DNA of 52,976 bases from a phage. The notes under the pieces are model-generated. The model saw only the letters and a program-made list of their open reading frames with translations. It was not told the DNA's origin and made no database searches. The stretch lies in NCBI GenBank assembly GCA_014691105.1, contig GCA_014691105.1_4891.1; one strand, given 5' to 3'. This document shows positions 8,094 through 18,514 of the stretch, in pieces (position 1 is the first letter of the stretch; each line of letters begins with the position of its first letter). The position numbers and the translations under genes are program-made.

Positions 8094-9542
8094 ATGAACC
8101 TTGACTTTCACCTGCATGACAGACAAGGTGCCGCTCTGCAGTCTCAGGCAACTGAGATTCTGTACGGTGGCGCCGCTGGTGGTGGTAAGTCTCACCTTAT
8201 GCGTGTAATGTCAATTATCATGTGCTGCATGATACCTGACTTGCAGATTTACCTTTTCCGCCGAAACTATAACGACCTTACGGCTAACCACATGGTTGGT
8301 CCCACAAGTTATCCTGCCTTGCTGGACGGTATGTGCAAAGCTGGCAAGTGCAAGATTAACTACTCGAGCAACACGATTAAATTCTGGAACGGTGCGAACA
8401 TCAAACTCTGTCACCTCCAGTACGAAAAAGATATTTATACCTACCAGGGTGCGGAGATTCACGTTCTGCTGATGGATGAGCTTACTCACTTCACAGAAAC
8501 GATGTACCGCTTCTTGCGTAACCGTGTCCGACTCGGTGCTCTTAAAGTCCCTGAGAACTTTTTCCGGCCACTGCCACTCATCTTTTGTGGGTCAAACCCC
8601 GGTGGTGTTGGTCACAACTGGGTCAAGCGTACTTTCGTAACTGCTGCTCCTCCGATGAAAATCGTTAAGCAAGATAAACGCGAAGGTGGTATGGCGCGTC
8701 AGTACATTCCGGCTAAGATGACTGATAACCCTACGCTGATGGAAAACGATCCTGACTACGGTGACCGTCTTGAAGGTCTTGGTGACCCGGCTCTTGTTGC
8801 TGCTATGAAAGAGGGTGACTGGGATATTGTTGCTGGTGGTGCGCTTGACGACGTATGGTCAACCAAGTGTATTCTGCCTCGTATGCGTATTCCAAAAGGC
8901 TGGACTATCGAACGTTCTCTTGACTGGGGTTCTACTCACCCGTTCTCTGTTGGTATCTGGGCTATTGCAAATGGCGCTTCGCTTACAGACGACGAAGGCA
9001 ATGAGTACTTTATTCCGCGTGGTTCAATTATACGTATAGCTGAATGGTATGGGTGCTCTGAAAAAGAAGCTAACAGGGGTATTAAGCTATCTGCTGCCGA
9101 AGTCGCTCAAGGTGTTCTTCGCCTACAGGAAAATCTGCAGGCTGGTGGCTGGATTCAAAGCAACGTTAATCCTGGTCCGGCGGATAGTCAGATTTATGCG
9201 TGCAAGGAAAAAGACGTTGAGACTATCGCGAAGAAAATGGAAGACGAAGGCGTAACCTGGGTCAAGGCCGACAAGTCACAAGGTTCGAGAATAAATGGCT
9301 TAGAGCTATTCCGTCAGCTTCTGAAAAATGTTAAGATGGACGAAACGGAAAAGCCGGGCATTTATTTCATGGAAAACTGTCCAGCAGCCATAAACACGTT
9401 GCCGGTTCTGCCGCGTGACAAGAACAACACGGAAGATGTCGACACGAACTCTGAAGACCACGTATACGATGATTGTCGTTACATGGTGTTGCGTGGCATC
9501 AACCGTTATACTACCAAGCTCAAAATAAATATGGGACGGTAA
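8094..9542 (+). CDS. terL: terminase large subunit
   Basis: Walker A GGAAGGGKSH, Walker B-like VLLMDELTH, C-terminal nuclease-like region; followed directly by the portal gene. Confidence 0.85.
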   Translation: MNLDFHLHDRQGAALQSQATEILYGGAAGGGKSHLMRVMSIIMCCMIPDLQIYLFRRNYNDLTANHMVGPTSYPALLDGMCKAGKCKINYSSNTIKFWNGANIKLCHLQYEKDIYTYQGAEIHVLLMDELTHFTETMYRFLRNRVRLGALKVPENFFRPLPLIFCGSNPGGVGHNWVKRTFVTAAPPMKIVKQDKREGGMARQYIPAKMTDNPTLMENDPDYGDRLEGLGDPALVAAMKEGDWDIVAGGALDDVWSTKCILPRMRIPKGWTIERSLDWGSTHPFSVGIWAIANGASLTDDEGNEYFIPRGSIIRIAEWYGCSEKEANRGIKLSAAEVAQGVLRLQENLQAGGWIQSNVNPGPADSQIYACKEKDVETIAKKMEDEGVTWVKADKSQGSRINGLELFRQLLKNVKMDETEKPGIYFMENCPAAINTLPVLPRDKNNTEDVDTNSEDHVYDDCRYMVLRGINRYTTKLKINMGR

Positions 9543-9543
9543 A

Positions 9544-11106
9544 ATGTCGATAACCCCAAGCAGCACGCCGAACGTCGGATACCAGCGTCCTGAGCTGACT
9601 AAGAACGCTGGTAAGTACCGAATGATTAAGGACTGCATCGAGGGTCAGGAAGCTGTTAAAGCACGCGGTGATTTTTATCTGCCTCGCCCTGACCCTACGA
9701 ATTGCACAGAAGAAAACCTGATGCGGTATAATTCGTACCTGCGCCGCGCTGTGTTCTACAACGTACTGCAGCGAACTCTTTCGGGTATGACTGGCCTGGT
9801 ATTCCAGCAGCAGCCTGAGATGCTGATGCCTGACGATATGGAAGTGCTGAAAGTAAATATCGACGGTGCAGGCATTGGTGCTATTCAGCAAATGCGTAAG
9901 TGCTTCAAGTCTGTTCTGGCTTTTGGTCGAGCAGGTCTGTTGACTGACTTCCCTAAAGCACGTATCGGTGAGTTTGGCGAGTCCATTGGTTTTACCCGTA
10001 AAGAGCTGATGGATGGAGAAGTACAGCCGACTGTAACGCTGTATATGCCATGGCAGATTATAAACTGGCGGGAAGAGTATCGCAACGGTAAAGTGATGCT
10101 TACTCAAGTTGTCATTTGCGAACAGATACCGGGTGTTACTGATGGCTTTCAGCAAGACTACACACCCGTGTGGCGTCACCTTTACCTGGATGAAGAAGGC
10201 AATTGCAACCAGTCTTTGTGGGTCAATAAGGGCGACAAGAACGCGCAGAACGTATCCGGCGGTGCGGTGTATGTCACGCAGGAAAATGTTGTCTTACGCG
10301 ACTCCAATGGCTTACCGTTGAAGTTTATTCCGTTCCAGTTTATTGGTTCTGAAACAAACAGCGCTGAGATTGACCCTCCGCCGATGTACGACTTAGCTGT
10401 GCTTAATATTGCACACTACCGTAACTCTGCTGACTACGAAGAATCATGCTTCGTAACAGGTCAACCCACAGTATGGGCGTCTGGTCTTACTGAAGCATGG
10501 GTTGAAGATGTTCTGAAGGGTGAACTGCGACTCGGTTCGTTTGGTGGTATTCCGCTGCCGGCTAACGCCGCTGTAGGTATTATCCAGACCAACCCTAACA
10601 CCCAGCCGTTTGAAGCGATGAAGCAAAAAGAAGCGCAGATGATTGCAATCGGTGCTCGACTGATTCGTGAGAATGGTAAGGTAGAACGACGCGAAGTTGA
10701 GATTAAGAATGAAGCGGCGTCTGAAGCTTCGCTTATCGTAACTGTTGCGCAGAACGTTGAAGCTGCTTATCGTAAAGCAATCGAATGGTGTGGCCTGTTC
10801 TACGGACACCCTAAAGAAGAAATTACGATTAACCTCAGCTACAACTTCATTTATAGCCAGTTGACTTATCAAGAACGTCAGCAGCTGGTTAACGAATGGA
10901 TTGCCGGTGCTATCACGTTTAGTGAGATGCGTAGCAATCTTAAACAGGCTGGCATTGCTAAGCTCACCGACGAAGAAGCCAAGAAGCTAATTGATGAAGA
11001 GCTGGCTGAACGCGATGCGCGTGAGGTAGCAAAAGAAGCAGAAAAGAACGCTCAAGCAGCTAAGAACAGCGATGGGCAGGAAAATAATCCAGAAAAAACT
11101 GAATAA
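9544..11106 (+). CDS. portal protein
   Basis: 520-aa protein directly after terL with an acidic C-terminus; call by size and position. Confidence 0.65.
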   Translation: MSITPSSTPNVGYQRPELTKNAGKYRMIKDCIEGQEAVKARGDFYLPRPDPTNCTEENLMRYNSYLRRAVFYNVLQRTLSGMTGLVFQQQPEMLMPDDMEVLKVNIDGAGIGAIQQMRKCFKSVLAFGRAGLLTDFPKARIGEFGESIGFTRKELMDGEVQPTVTLYMPWQIINWREEYRNGKVMLTQVVICEQIPGVTDGFQQDYTPVWRHLYLDEEGNCNQSLWVNKGDKNAQNVSGGAVYVTQENVVLRDSNGLPLKFIPFQFIGSETNSAEIDPPPMYDLAVLNIAHYRNSADYEESCFVTGQPTVWASGLTEAWVEDVLKGELRLGSFGGIPLPANAAVGIIQTNPNTQPFEAMKQKEAQMIAIGARLIRENGKVERREVEIKNEAASEASLIVTVAQNVEAAYRKAIEWCGLFYGHPKEEITINLSYNFIYSQLTYQERQQLVNEWIAGAITFSEMRSNLKQAGIAKLTDEEAKKLIDEELAERDAREVAKEAEKNAQAAKNSDGQENNPEKTE

Positions 11107-11111
11107 AGCTA

Positions 11112-11140
11112 TTTACTTTCGGTTTACCTGGCTATATAAT
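11112..11140 (+). promoter_or_regulatory. sigma70-like promoter TTTACT-N17-TATAAT
   Basis: TTTACT 11112-11117, TATAAT 11135-11140; a long hairpin (11152..11217) follows at the predicted transcript 5' end. Confidence 0.55.
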
Positions 11141-11283
11141 CCTTCATGTCAACCGCGCAACAGCCGGCCACGAGAGTCTGCAGGGCTCAGTGGATTTCGG
11201 ATGGCTGGCTGCGCGGTTTGACCCAAACCTGTTCGGAGCCCACTTGAGTGGATTGAGCCCCTCTCATATAGGATTGTAAAATT

Positions 11284-11997
11284 ATGGCACTTAAAACAGT
11301 TGTAACTGACCTTAACGAAGTTGATGAAGGCTTCCGTGGCCTGTATATCAAAGACGACGCGTCCGGTGCGTTTCGTTTGGATGTTGAACCAGACGAAAAA
11401 ACGCTGAAAGAATTAGAAGACCTGCGCAAAGAAAAACAGCGTATGGAGCAGCACACCAAAAAACTTCTCGAAGAGAAGAAAAAAGAAGCTGAACGTGCTC
11501 GCCTCGCTGAAGAAGAACGCGCACGTCGTGAGCGTGATGTTGAATCTCTTGAGCGTTCAATCAAAGAGAAGCATCAGGCTGAACTTGAACAGTATACCAG
11601 TCGTCAGGCACAGCTGCAAGCACAGCTGGAAGCGCAGATGGTTGATAACATCGCGTTGAACCTGGCTAACCAACTCTCTGACACCCCGGCATTAATTATG
11701 CCACACATCAAGGCCCGACTGCGCGCTCAGGAAATTGATGGTAAGTGGCGTACTATCGTCGTGGATGTTATGGGTAACCCGACTGCTACAACGCCAGATG
11801 AGCTAGTGGAGCATATGCGCGCTGATAAGCAGTTTGCACCTCTTGTGCGTGGAACCAAGGCTGGCGGTGGCGGTGCCAACGGCGGCGGAGCTAATCCTGG
11901 TGGGAACGGCGGTGGCGAACAGCACACTTTCGGGGGCGGGGATGACCGCATAGCACGTGCTCGTGCTAAAATCCAAAACACACAATGGGGCAAATAA
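11284..11997 (+). CDS. putative scaffolding protein
   Basis: Charged coiled-coil sequence (EEKKKEAERARLAEEERARRERD) and Gly-rich C-terminus, between portal and major capsid genes. Confidence 0.5.
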   Translation: MALKTVVTDLNEVDEGFRGLYIKDDASGAFRLDVEPDEKTLKELEDLRKEKQRMEQHTKKLLEEKKKEAERARLAEEERARRERDVESLERSIKEKHQAELEQYTSRQAQLQAQLEAQMVDNIALNLANQLSDTPALIMPHIKARLRAQEIDGKWRTIVVDVMGNPTATTPDELVEHMRADKQFAPLVRGTKAGGGGANGGGANPGGNGGGEQHTFGGGDDRIARARAKIQNTQWGK

Positions 11998-12000
11998 GTT

Positions 12001-12978
12001 ATGTCACTGTATATTTTTAACGAACAAGTACGTTCTACCGCCACCGAACTGGTCGACCAGGACGTACAGAAGTTCAACGAAGCTTCTGCAGGTACCCTTA
12101 TCCTGGGTAACCAGTACGTAATTGGTGATTACGTTGAGCAGGCAATGTGGCAGCTGGTTGACGGCATCGCTACTCGCCGTAATGCTTACGCAGGCACCAA
12201 CAAAGTTGATGCACAGACTCTGGGCCAGATTCTGGACCGCTCTGTTAAAATCGACGGCCGTGTTGGTCCTCTGAACATTACCGGTACTATGATGCGTCGC
12301 ATCGGTGCAGGTGATACTGAACCAGCAGCTGTTGTTGCTGCACAGGCATCTGCTGCAATGTTCCAGGATTACCTGAACACCACTGCTGCATGTCTGGTAG
12401 CTGCTATCGGCGCAAACGCTGATGTTGTTCTGGACGTAACTTCAGGCTCCGGTGCTGCTGCAAACATCACCATGCAGAACCTGAACAAAGTCAACGCGAA
12501 GATGGGTGACCGTTCTCAGCAGATTCGTGCGTACATCATGCACTCTACTGCGTTCCACTCCCTCATCGACCAGGCTATCAACAACACAGAACACCTGTTC
12601 CAGATTGGTGACCTGAACGTGTACAAAGACTTCCTGGGTCGTCGTTATGTCGTTTCCGACATCCCGGCTCTGGTTGATGGCGCCGGTGCTTCCGCTAAGT
12701 ACCGCACTCTGGGTCTGACCCCGTCTGCTGCAATCGTTCAGGTCGGCGGCCTGTACGACATGGTTACCTCCGAGCAAACCGGTGGTGAAAACATCCTGCG
12801 TCAGATGCAGGGTGAATACGACTTCAACGTGTCGCTGAAAGGCTACAGCTGGGTCGGTCACAAAGCTGGTCAGTCTCCGACTGATGAAGACCTGGCTGCT
12901 CAGGCGTCCTGGTCTAAAGTTGCGACTTCCAACAAAGACACCGCCGGTGTTATGTTGCTGGCTAAGTCTGCAATCTAA
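12001..12978 (+). CDS. major capsid protein
   Basis: 325-aa ORF after the scaffold, followed by a strong intrinsic terminator; call by position and size. Confidence 0.6.
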   Translation: MSLYIFNEQVRSTATELVDQDVQKFNEASAGTLILGNQYVIGDYVEQAMWQLVDGIATRRNAYAGTNKVDAQTLGQILDRSVKIDGRVGPLNITGTMMRRIGAGDTEPAAVVAAQASAAMFQDYLNTTAACLVAAIGANADVVLDVTSGSGAAANITMQNLNKVNAKMGDRSQQIRAYIMHSTAFHSLIDQAINNTEHLFQIGDLNVYKDFLGRRYVVSDIPALVDGAGASAKYRTLGLTPSAAIVQVGGLYDMVTSEQTGGENILRQMQGEYDFNVSLKGYSWVGHKAGQSPTDEDLAAQASWSKVATSNKDTAGVMLLAKSAI

Positions 12979-13000
12979 CCCACAAACGGGACTAACAAAA

Positions 13001-13030
13001 GGCGAGCTGACGAGCTCGCCTTTTTTATTT
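13001..13030 (+). terminator. rho-independent terminator
   Basis: 8-bp stem GGCGAGCT/AGCTCGCC with GACG loop followed by TTTTTTATTT. Confidence 0.75.
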
Positions 13031-13056
13031 ACACGTATAAAGTTCTGGTATATAAT
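13028..13056 (+). promoter_or_regulatory. sigma70-like promoter TTTACA-N17-TATAAT
   Basis: TTTACA 13028-13033, TATAAT 13051-13056, then GGAGG RBS before the 13083 start. Confidence 0.55.
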
Positions 13057-13082
13057 CGGACTAAACTTGCTGGAGGCTTTCT

Positions 13083-13583
13083 ATGGCATACACACTTGTT
13101 GTGGAAGACGGTTCAATTGTTCCGGGTGCTAACTCGTATGTTAGCACTGCAGAAGTTGATGAGTTTATCACTAACGAAGGTATTCTTATTCAACCAGGAA
13201 CTGACCCGTACTACCAAGCTGCCAAAGCAGCTATTCGACTGGATAACCAATTTAACTGGTTAGGTCGTAAGGTCAGCAAAGCGCAGAACATGGCTTGGCC
13301 ACGTACTGGCCTCGGTGCATGCAATGTTGACATCGCGGAGTCTGTAATTCCGCGAGAAGTTAAGCTGGCACAGCTTTATATGATGGCCAGTGTATTGAGC
13401 TATGACGGCGAAGAAGGTGTGCGTAGCGACCAGGCTTTGCGCCGTAAGAAAGTTGGTAACCTGGAGATTGAATACTTCGACTCCAAATCAGGCGTTACCG
13501 GTGCAACTGACCTTTGGACGTCAGACGTCAGGGCCATGCTCAAGCACCTTGTGGGTGCATCACTGAGAGCGCGGAGAGTATAA
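13083..13583 (+). CDS. putative head completion / head-tail adaptor protein
   Basis: Position after the capsid gene; no diagnostic motif. Confidence 0.3.
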   Translation: MAYTLVVEDGSIVPGANSYVSTAEVDEFITNEGILIQPGTDPYYQAAKAAIRLDNQFNWLGRKVSKAQNMAWPRTGLGACNVDIAESVIPREVKLAQLYMMASVLSYDGEEGVRSDQALRRKKVGNLEIEYFDSKSGVTGATDLWTSDVRAMLKHLVGASLRARRV

Positions 13584-14071
13584 TGATTCGTATACGCCTT
13601 GAACGTCGCGACAAACAAAAGTTCGAGTTCACCTACCGTGCCTTTAAGTCGTTTGAAGGTCAAGGCGTATCAGTAGGTGTTCATCCAGAGCACAACAGAC
13701 GTATAAATCCCAGGGACCGTATAACAAACGCCGAGCTAGCAATGGTGCATGAGTACGGTCTTAACGGTCTGCCAGAACGAAGCTTTCTTCGTAGTGCTGT
13801 TGGTGGCAGGGGTAAAGGCCGACAGGCAATAAACAAAGCTTTCCGCGATAATGTACCTGCTGTTCTCAGAGGAAGCATGACTGCGCATGAGCTTAACGAC
13901 AAAATAGGTCGTATGCTTGTTGACGCTGTTCACGATAGAATGGACAGTGACGTGCCACCTCCTAACACCGAGCTGACAGAAGAACGCAAACGCGGGCCAG
14001 GTACACTTAGAGAATCTATGCAGTTGTATGATTCGATAGGGTACAAAGTTGGCAGAAACTGGAGGCTATAA
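13583..14071 (+). CDS. putative virion morphogenesis protein
   Basis: Track ORF 13514..14071; ATG at 13583 overlaps the upstream stop (TAATG) with a GGAGAG RBS. Confidence 0.35.
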   Translation: MIRIRLERRDKQKFEFTYRAFKSFEGQGVSVGVHPEHNRRINPRDRITNAELAMVHEYGLNGLPERSFLRSAVGGRGKGRQAINKAFRDNVPAVLRGSMTAHELNDKIGRMLVDAVHDRMDSDVPPPNTELTEERKRGPGTLRESMQLYDSIGYKVGRNWRL

Positions 14072-14448
14072 TGCTCAAGATAACTTCACTAATGAAGGAT
14101 AAAACCTTTGTAGCATTAACAGATGTTCTTCTCCGAAATGATTCACGCTTACCAAACGGCGACTTCGAAGACGAATATACAGCTGCAAAGTATCTGTGTA
14201 ACATTCAACCTGGTGCAGCTACTAACCAGCCTAACCTGTTGACTAAAGACGATGGCGAGCATGAGTTCCCACGTATTGCGATATACTGTGGACAAGAACT
14301 AAAGCTCGGAGACTTCGTTATATACGAAGACCAGCCATACCGTGTATTCCGTATCGACCCATGGAGTCGTCATGGCCACTACTACGTTACAGCAATTCTC
14401 CATAAAGGACCTCAGGGAGCTCGTTCAGAAGCTTTTAACATTACCTGA
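14071..14448 (+). CDS. hypothetical structural protein
   Basis: ORF track; its 3' end overlaps the next ORF by about 77 nt. Confidence 0.35.
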   Translation: MLKITSLMKDKTFVALTDVLLRNDSRLPNGDFEDEYTAAKYLCNIQPGAATNQPNLLTKDDGEHEFPRIAIYCGQELKLGDFVIYEDQPYRVFRIDPWSRHGHYYVTAILHKGPQGARSEAFNIT

Positions 14449-14899
14449 CGGTGCATGCATTATTGGTGAAGAGTCTGGTACAGTTGATGGTACGCCGTAT
14501 GTTTATCTGCGTCCTGGTGATGCTTATGACTTCGGACCTCCTAGAACCAGACAAGGCTCTGACGGCTTTGAGTACGTCAGCAAGCCAATGATGACAGCTG
14601 TACGTATTACAGCTGTCGGTAAGAATGCTGCTGAGCTAATGCGTAAGCTACACATAGCGCTGGGTAGTTCACCAGCTAAGCAGTTTAACCGTTTACGGCA
14701 TTATGCAATAACCAAAATATCGAAGATTGATAATGTCGGTGGTGCTATTGGTGCAGGCTATGCTCAGAAGTCAATGCTGACTGTTGATATTAGCTATGTG
14801 CATAAAGTTAAAATTGAGCAACCGTACATCTACAAGGTTGACATCACTTGTATGGATGACAACGGTAACAAAGCGACTGGTACAGTAGAGGAACCGTAA
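14372..14899 (+). CDS. hypothetical structural protein
   Basis: Track ORF 14342..14899; first ATG at 14372 (MATTTLQQF...). Confidence 0.35.
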   Translation: MATTTLQQFSIKDLRELVQKLLTLPDGACIIGEESGTVDGTPYVYLRPGDAYDFGPPRTRQGSDGFEYVSKPMMTAVRITAVGKNAAELMRKLHIALGSSPAKQFNRLRHYAITKISKIDNVGGAIGAGYAQKSMLTVDISYVHKVKIEQPYIYKVDITCMDDNGNKATGTVEEP

Positions 14900-15522
14900 T
14901 GGCAACTGAAGTAGACCCGGAACTGCAAGCGCAGCTGGATAAGCTAACCACTGCTGTCCAGCTCATTCATGACTTCGGTATGTCAGGCGACCCAAACATC
15001 CCTAACCCGGAAGGTGGTGTCATACGCACACTCGAAGGCATTAACGCTGCAATCAACGAAGCTATACCAAACTTTGAAAACGCTAACGAAGCTGCTATCC
15101 AGGCGCGTGCTGCTCGTGACGCGGCTATTGCAGCCAAAGAAGCTGCAGAAACGGCAGCTGAACAGGCCACAGTAGCTTCGACGTCAGCAATCTATGAGTA
15201 CGGTAACGTTGCAAGTGCAGCTACAGTGACTATACCAGCTGCGTCTAAAACAATTGTCAGCCTTACTCTTAACCAGCCAAACACCGTAATTAATATCGGT
15301 GGTGTGTCTGACCCGTCTACTGTTGCGCGTCAGATTACTATTGCTATTAAGCAAGGCACTGGTTCTAACAAGGTGACTTCTTGGGATCCAAGAATAAAAT
15401 GGGCCAACAACAGGAAGCCCGTTCTGTCATTCCTTGTGGGTTACACAGATGTTGTTACGTTGCTGACCTTTGACTCAGGCGCAACTTGGATGGGTTTCTT
15501 TAACGGTGGATGGATTAAATAA
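14899..15522 (+). CDS. hypothetical structural protein (Ala-rich coiled-coil N-terminus)
   Basis: ORF track; ATGA coupling on both sides. Confidence 0.4.
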   Translation: MATEVDPELQAQLDKLTTAVQLIHDFGMSGDPNIPNPEGGVIRTLEGINAAINEAIPNFENANEAAIQARAARDAAIAAKEAAETAAEQATVASTSAIYEYGNVASAATVTIPAASKTIVSLTLNQPNTVINIGGVSDPSTVARQITIAIKQGTGSNKVTSWDPRIKWANNRKPVLSFLVGYTDVVTLLTFDSGATWMGFFNGGWIK

Positions 15523-18479
15523 TGCACACGATGTTGCTTAAAGACGGATCAGACCATCGAGCTAATGTCGAAAGCCTTATCGAAGGTCACCACCATTTTC
15601 TTGAGCGCAATACTGGCAGAACTGACGACGCTACGCGTCAGCACTATATCTTCAATCCAGAAGGAGTAGTGTCGAACAACCGCCATTTTATTGCACACAC
15701 CATGATGGAGTATCAACCTAACGGTGATGCTCCGTCTGAAAGTCAGTCGCTGCTAATACTCGGCGAAATTCACGCGTACCTTGCTACTAAGGAACAGCGG
15801 TACCTTGACAAAGCAATTGAGTACTTCAATGCTTACGTCAAGTACTATTACGAGGGGGACCCAATCCCTGATACTCCTCGTCGCTGGATCGCTAACTGGC
15901 TTTGTAATGGCAAAGAGCCTGTGCTAGCCAGCTTCCCAATCAACCCTGATTCACCAACACAAGGCGGCTATAAAAATGTGCCAGTTAAATTTGTTAACGG
16001 CAAAGCACAAATCCCTCATGGTTCTCCTTTCTGGGGCGAGTACCTGGATGTTGCTACTTGGGCCCACAGGGGACACATGGCTTGGCCTGCTATTAATGGT
16101 GGTGTCCGTGTTATTAAAAATAAAGTTGACTGGGACGATATTTACAACAATTATCGCATCACTACCATGCCAGCTGACCCGTGGAATCAGTTAGCCTGGA
16201 TTGACTGGCCGAGGTATCTGGGTGAACCAAGCTACACTGTGGACTGGTCAGCGGCTGAACCTCCTGTACATCTCATCGAGTATATTGTTGCATGGACCAA
16301 TAACAAGATTGGTGTTCTACCTGGCAAAAACGATGAGCTATGGGGAGGCGAGATTCTTGAGACTGGACTGCCTGACTCTCGCAGAGGTGAGATTCAGCTC
16401 CGTGACCACACTGTTAACGGTGTGTATCTGCTTAACTATGCCGTTAAGCTTCCTGTTGAACACGGTGGTTATTTGCTTAAGCGAAATGAAGTATGGCACA
16501 ACAGACCGGTAAACGTTCCATTGTACGGCGAGCTTCAACGCGGTAATGCTGCTGATGCTGAGTTGTGGTTCTGTGACTGCTGCTATATGCTGTGGCGAAT
16601 TACTAACGAGCAAAAGTATTACAACGCTTGGCAAGCTGTCCTGTTTACACTGGAGGAGTATATTGACATCGATAAACAAGACCAGTTCTTCCGACAAGAC
16701 ACTCACGCGTCGTCTCCGTTTACTGATGGCATCTCTTATGATTGGTCTTATCCTGAACTGGCACAAGCTATATATTCACGTGATGAAAATGGTTATATAG
16801 TTCTACGTCAGAACGAAAAAGCTCAATCATCTCTGGAGCAGCAGGCTGTATGGTTTAAGTGTAAGCCAACAGCTAAGATACGTACAGAAGTTGGGGGCAA
16901 AGATGATGCTGGTCAGAATATCAGTGTCAAGGTGGAAATGTACATGAACCGTGAAAAGGTTGACGTCGAGCAAAACATCTATCGTTTTGTCACACAGCTA
17001 CCTGCTCTTGGTGCTTCACCTGCTAACTACGACATTCCATTAAGCGATTTTGTCGCAGGTACTAAGCCAGATGGTTCTGAGTATATCTTAGCTGATATTC
17101 GTTCATCCACTGACTATGGCAATGCCACTACTGCAGTGTCTTACCGTACTGACATACTTGACAACAGACGTGGCAACACTGTCCGTATGACAATACCGGA
17201 TAGTTCGTCAGGTGCCATTATAGGCTTTTGGCTACTGGAATCTTCCCAGGCACCTTTAAACTCGCTGACGTATACTTCTACAGGTCCGTTGTGCATCAAA
17301 GTAACTGACGCGCAAGGCTGGAGTTGGGTACGTGATTTACCTGCCGCACCAGGATGGGTAACTCAGCAGATTCGCACCTGGGAGTTCAGGCTGGCGTCAT
17401 ACCAGGAAAACACAGGTACACCACCAGCTAGCCCACAATTCGGCGAGATTAAGCAGTTCTCGTTTGTACTGCCTGACGGCGTTAATACGTCGACAAGTAT
17501 TAGCTGGTACTGTGTGAATGATGTTCCGCCTCGCTATAACTGGCCAATTGGTTATACGATTAAGTATCGTCTTACTTTCTCGGCTGATAACCCGTACACA
17601 GCTAGGCTTGGCGACTGTACTGTGCTGGACTATGAGAATGATAACCTTGCTTACACGCCAGGTGTTATTCCGTTCTCCAACATTTATAACCCTGATTCTA
17701 AGCAGTTCGATGGTTGGCACGGTATACCTTACCCTGGCTATCAGTATCCGTTTGTCTTTACGCATGACGATACTGCAGCAGGTACAATCAGGCTGAACAA
17801 CATGGTTAACTTTTTGTACGATTCTCAGCAATGGTACTATAAGAAGTTTGGTCAGCTAGGTCCTGGTGCATCTGCTTTTATCTGGAACCGTTGGGATAAC
17901 TTTAAATACGGTGTACCTGATACGTTTACCATGTATCACTGGGGTAATGGTAGTGCATGGTCAGGTTACCAGCCTCGTGCTTATTTCTCCGCAGCACGTG
18001 GATGGTATGAGCTAGTAAACCGTGGTAAGCCAGTTCCGAGTAAGCTTATTGCTTATGTGGATAACTGGTCAAAATGGTTGCTTGACTTCATGGAAAGGTC
18101 AGGAGGTGTGTCGCCTTCTAACTTCCCACAAGAAGGTGTTGCTCTGCCAGTCCCTTCAGACTTCACAGGTCACATGTGCGGACTATGGCTTGCTGGTGCA
18201 GCTATGTCAGCCCTTTGTGGGTCAACAGTATCAGGACTGGATAAGCTGATGGACATGCTTGTCAATGAGCTGGAAGACCATTACGACATAACTGGTATTC
18301 CGGGGCATGTAATGGATGGTGGTTGGTCACCAGCGTTACGCCTTGAAACTGGTTCAGGACCTGAAAGCAACGCCATGTACTATGGTTTTTACTCTGGCGA
18401 AATATTACGAGGGTTGGGCTTATACCTGCTGTACAAAAACAAAGGGGCTAAAGCAGATATTTATGATTTAGGCCCGTAA
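15522..18479 (+). CDS. large virion-associated protein (985 aa), possible carbohydrate-active tailspike-like protein
   Basis: Long Trp/Tyr-rich ORF inside the structural operon; function guessed from composition only. Confidence 0.4.
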   Translation: MHTMLLKDGSDHRANVESLIEGHHHFLERNTGRTDDATRQHYIFNPEGVVSNNRHFIAHTMMEYQPNGDAPSESQSLLILGEIHAYLATKEQRYLDKAIEYFNAYVKYYYEGDPIPDTPRRWIANWLCNGKEPVLASFPINPDSPTQGGYKNVPVKFVNGKAQIPHGSPFWGEYLDVATWAHRGHMAWPAINGGVRVIKNKVDWDDIYNNYRITTMPADPWNQLAWIDWPRYLGEPSYTVDWSAAEPPVHLIEYIVAWTNNKIGVLPGKNDELWGGEILETGLPDSRRGEIQLRDHTVNGVYLLNYAVKLPVEHGGYLLKRNEVWHNRPVNVPLYGELQRGNAADAELWFCDCCYMLWRITNEQKYYNAWQAVLFTLEEYIDIDKQDQFFRQDTHASSPFTDGISYDWSYPELAQAIYSRDENGYIVLRQNEKAQSSLEQQAVWFKCKPTAKIRTEVGGKDDAGQNISVKVEMYMNREKVDVEQNIYRFVTQLPALGASPANYDIPLSDFVAGTKPDGSEYILADIRSSTDYGNATTAVSYRTDILDNRRGNTVRMTIPDSSSGAIIGFWLLESSQAPLNSLTYTSTGPLCIKVTDAQGWSWVRDLPAAPGWVTQQIRTWEFRLASYQENTGTPPASPQFGEIKQFSFVLPDGVNTSTSISWYCVNDVPPRYNWPIGYTIKYRLTFSADNPYTARLGDCTVLDYENDNLAYTPGVIPFSNIYNPDSKQFDGWHGIPYPGYQYPFVFTHDDTAAGTIRLNNMVNFLYDSQQWYYKKFGQLGPGASAFIWNRWDNFKYGVPDTFTMYHWGNGSAWSGYQPRAYFSAARGWYELVNRGKPVPSKLIAYVDNWSKWLLDFMERSGGVSPSNFPQEGVALPVPSDFTGHMCGLWLAGAAMSALCGSTVSGLDKLMDMLVNELEDHYDITGIPGHVMDGGWSPALRLETGSGPESNAMYYGFYSGEILRGLGLYLLYKNKGAKADIYDLGP

Positions 18480-18485
18480 CCACTA

Positions 18486-18514
18486 TTTACTTAACCGAGG
18501 CGCCAGCCTATAAT
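18486..18514 (+). promoter_or_regulatory. sigma70-like promoter TTTACT-N17-TATAAT with flanking palindrome
   Basis: TTTACT 18486-18491, TATAAT 18509-18514; the -10 lies between inverted repeats GCGCCAGC and GCTGGCGC. Confidence 0.5.

Noticed and set aside
11348-12077. Minus-strand and alternative-frame ORFs inside the scaffold and capsid genes
   Set aside because: Low-complexity Arg/Ser/Pro-rich translations typical of antisense or off-frame reading of coiled-coil and Gly-rich coding sequence.
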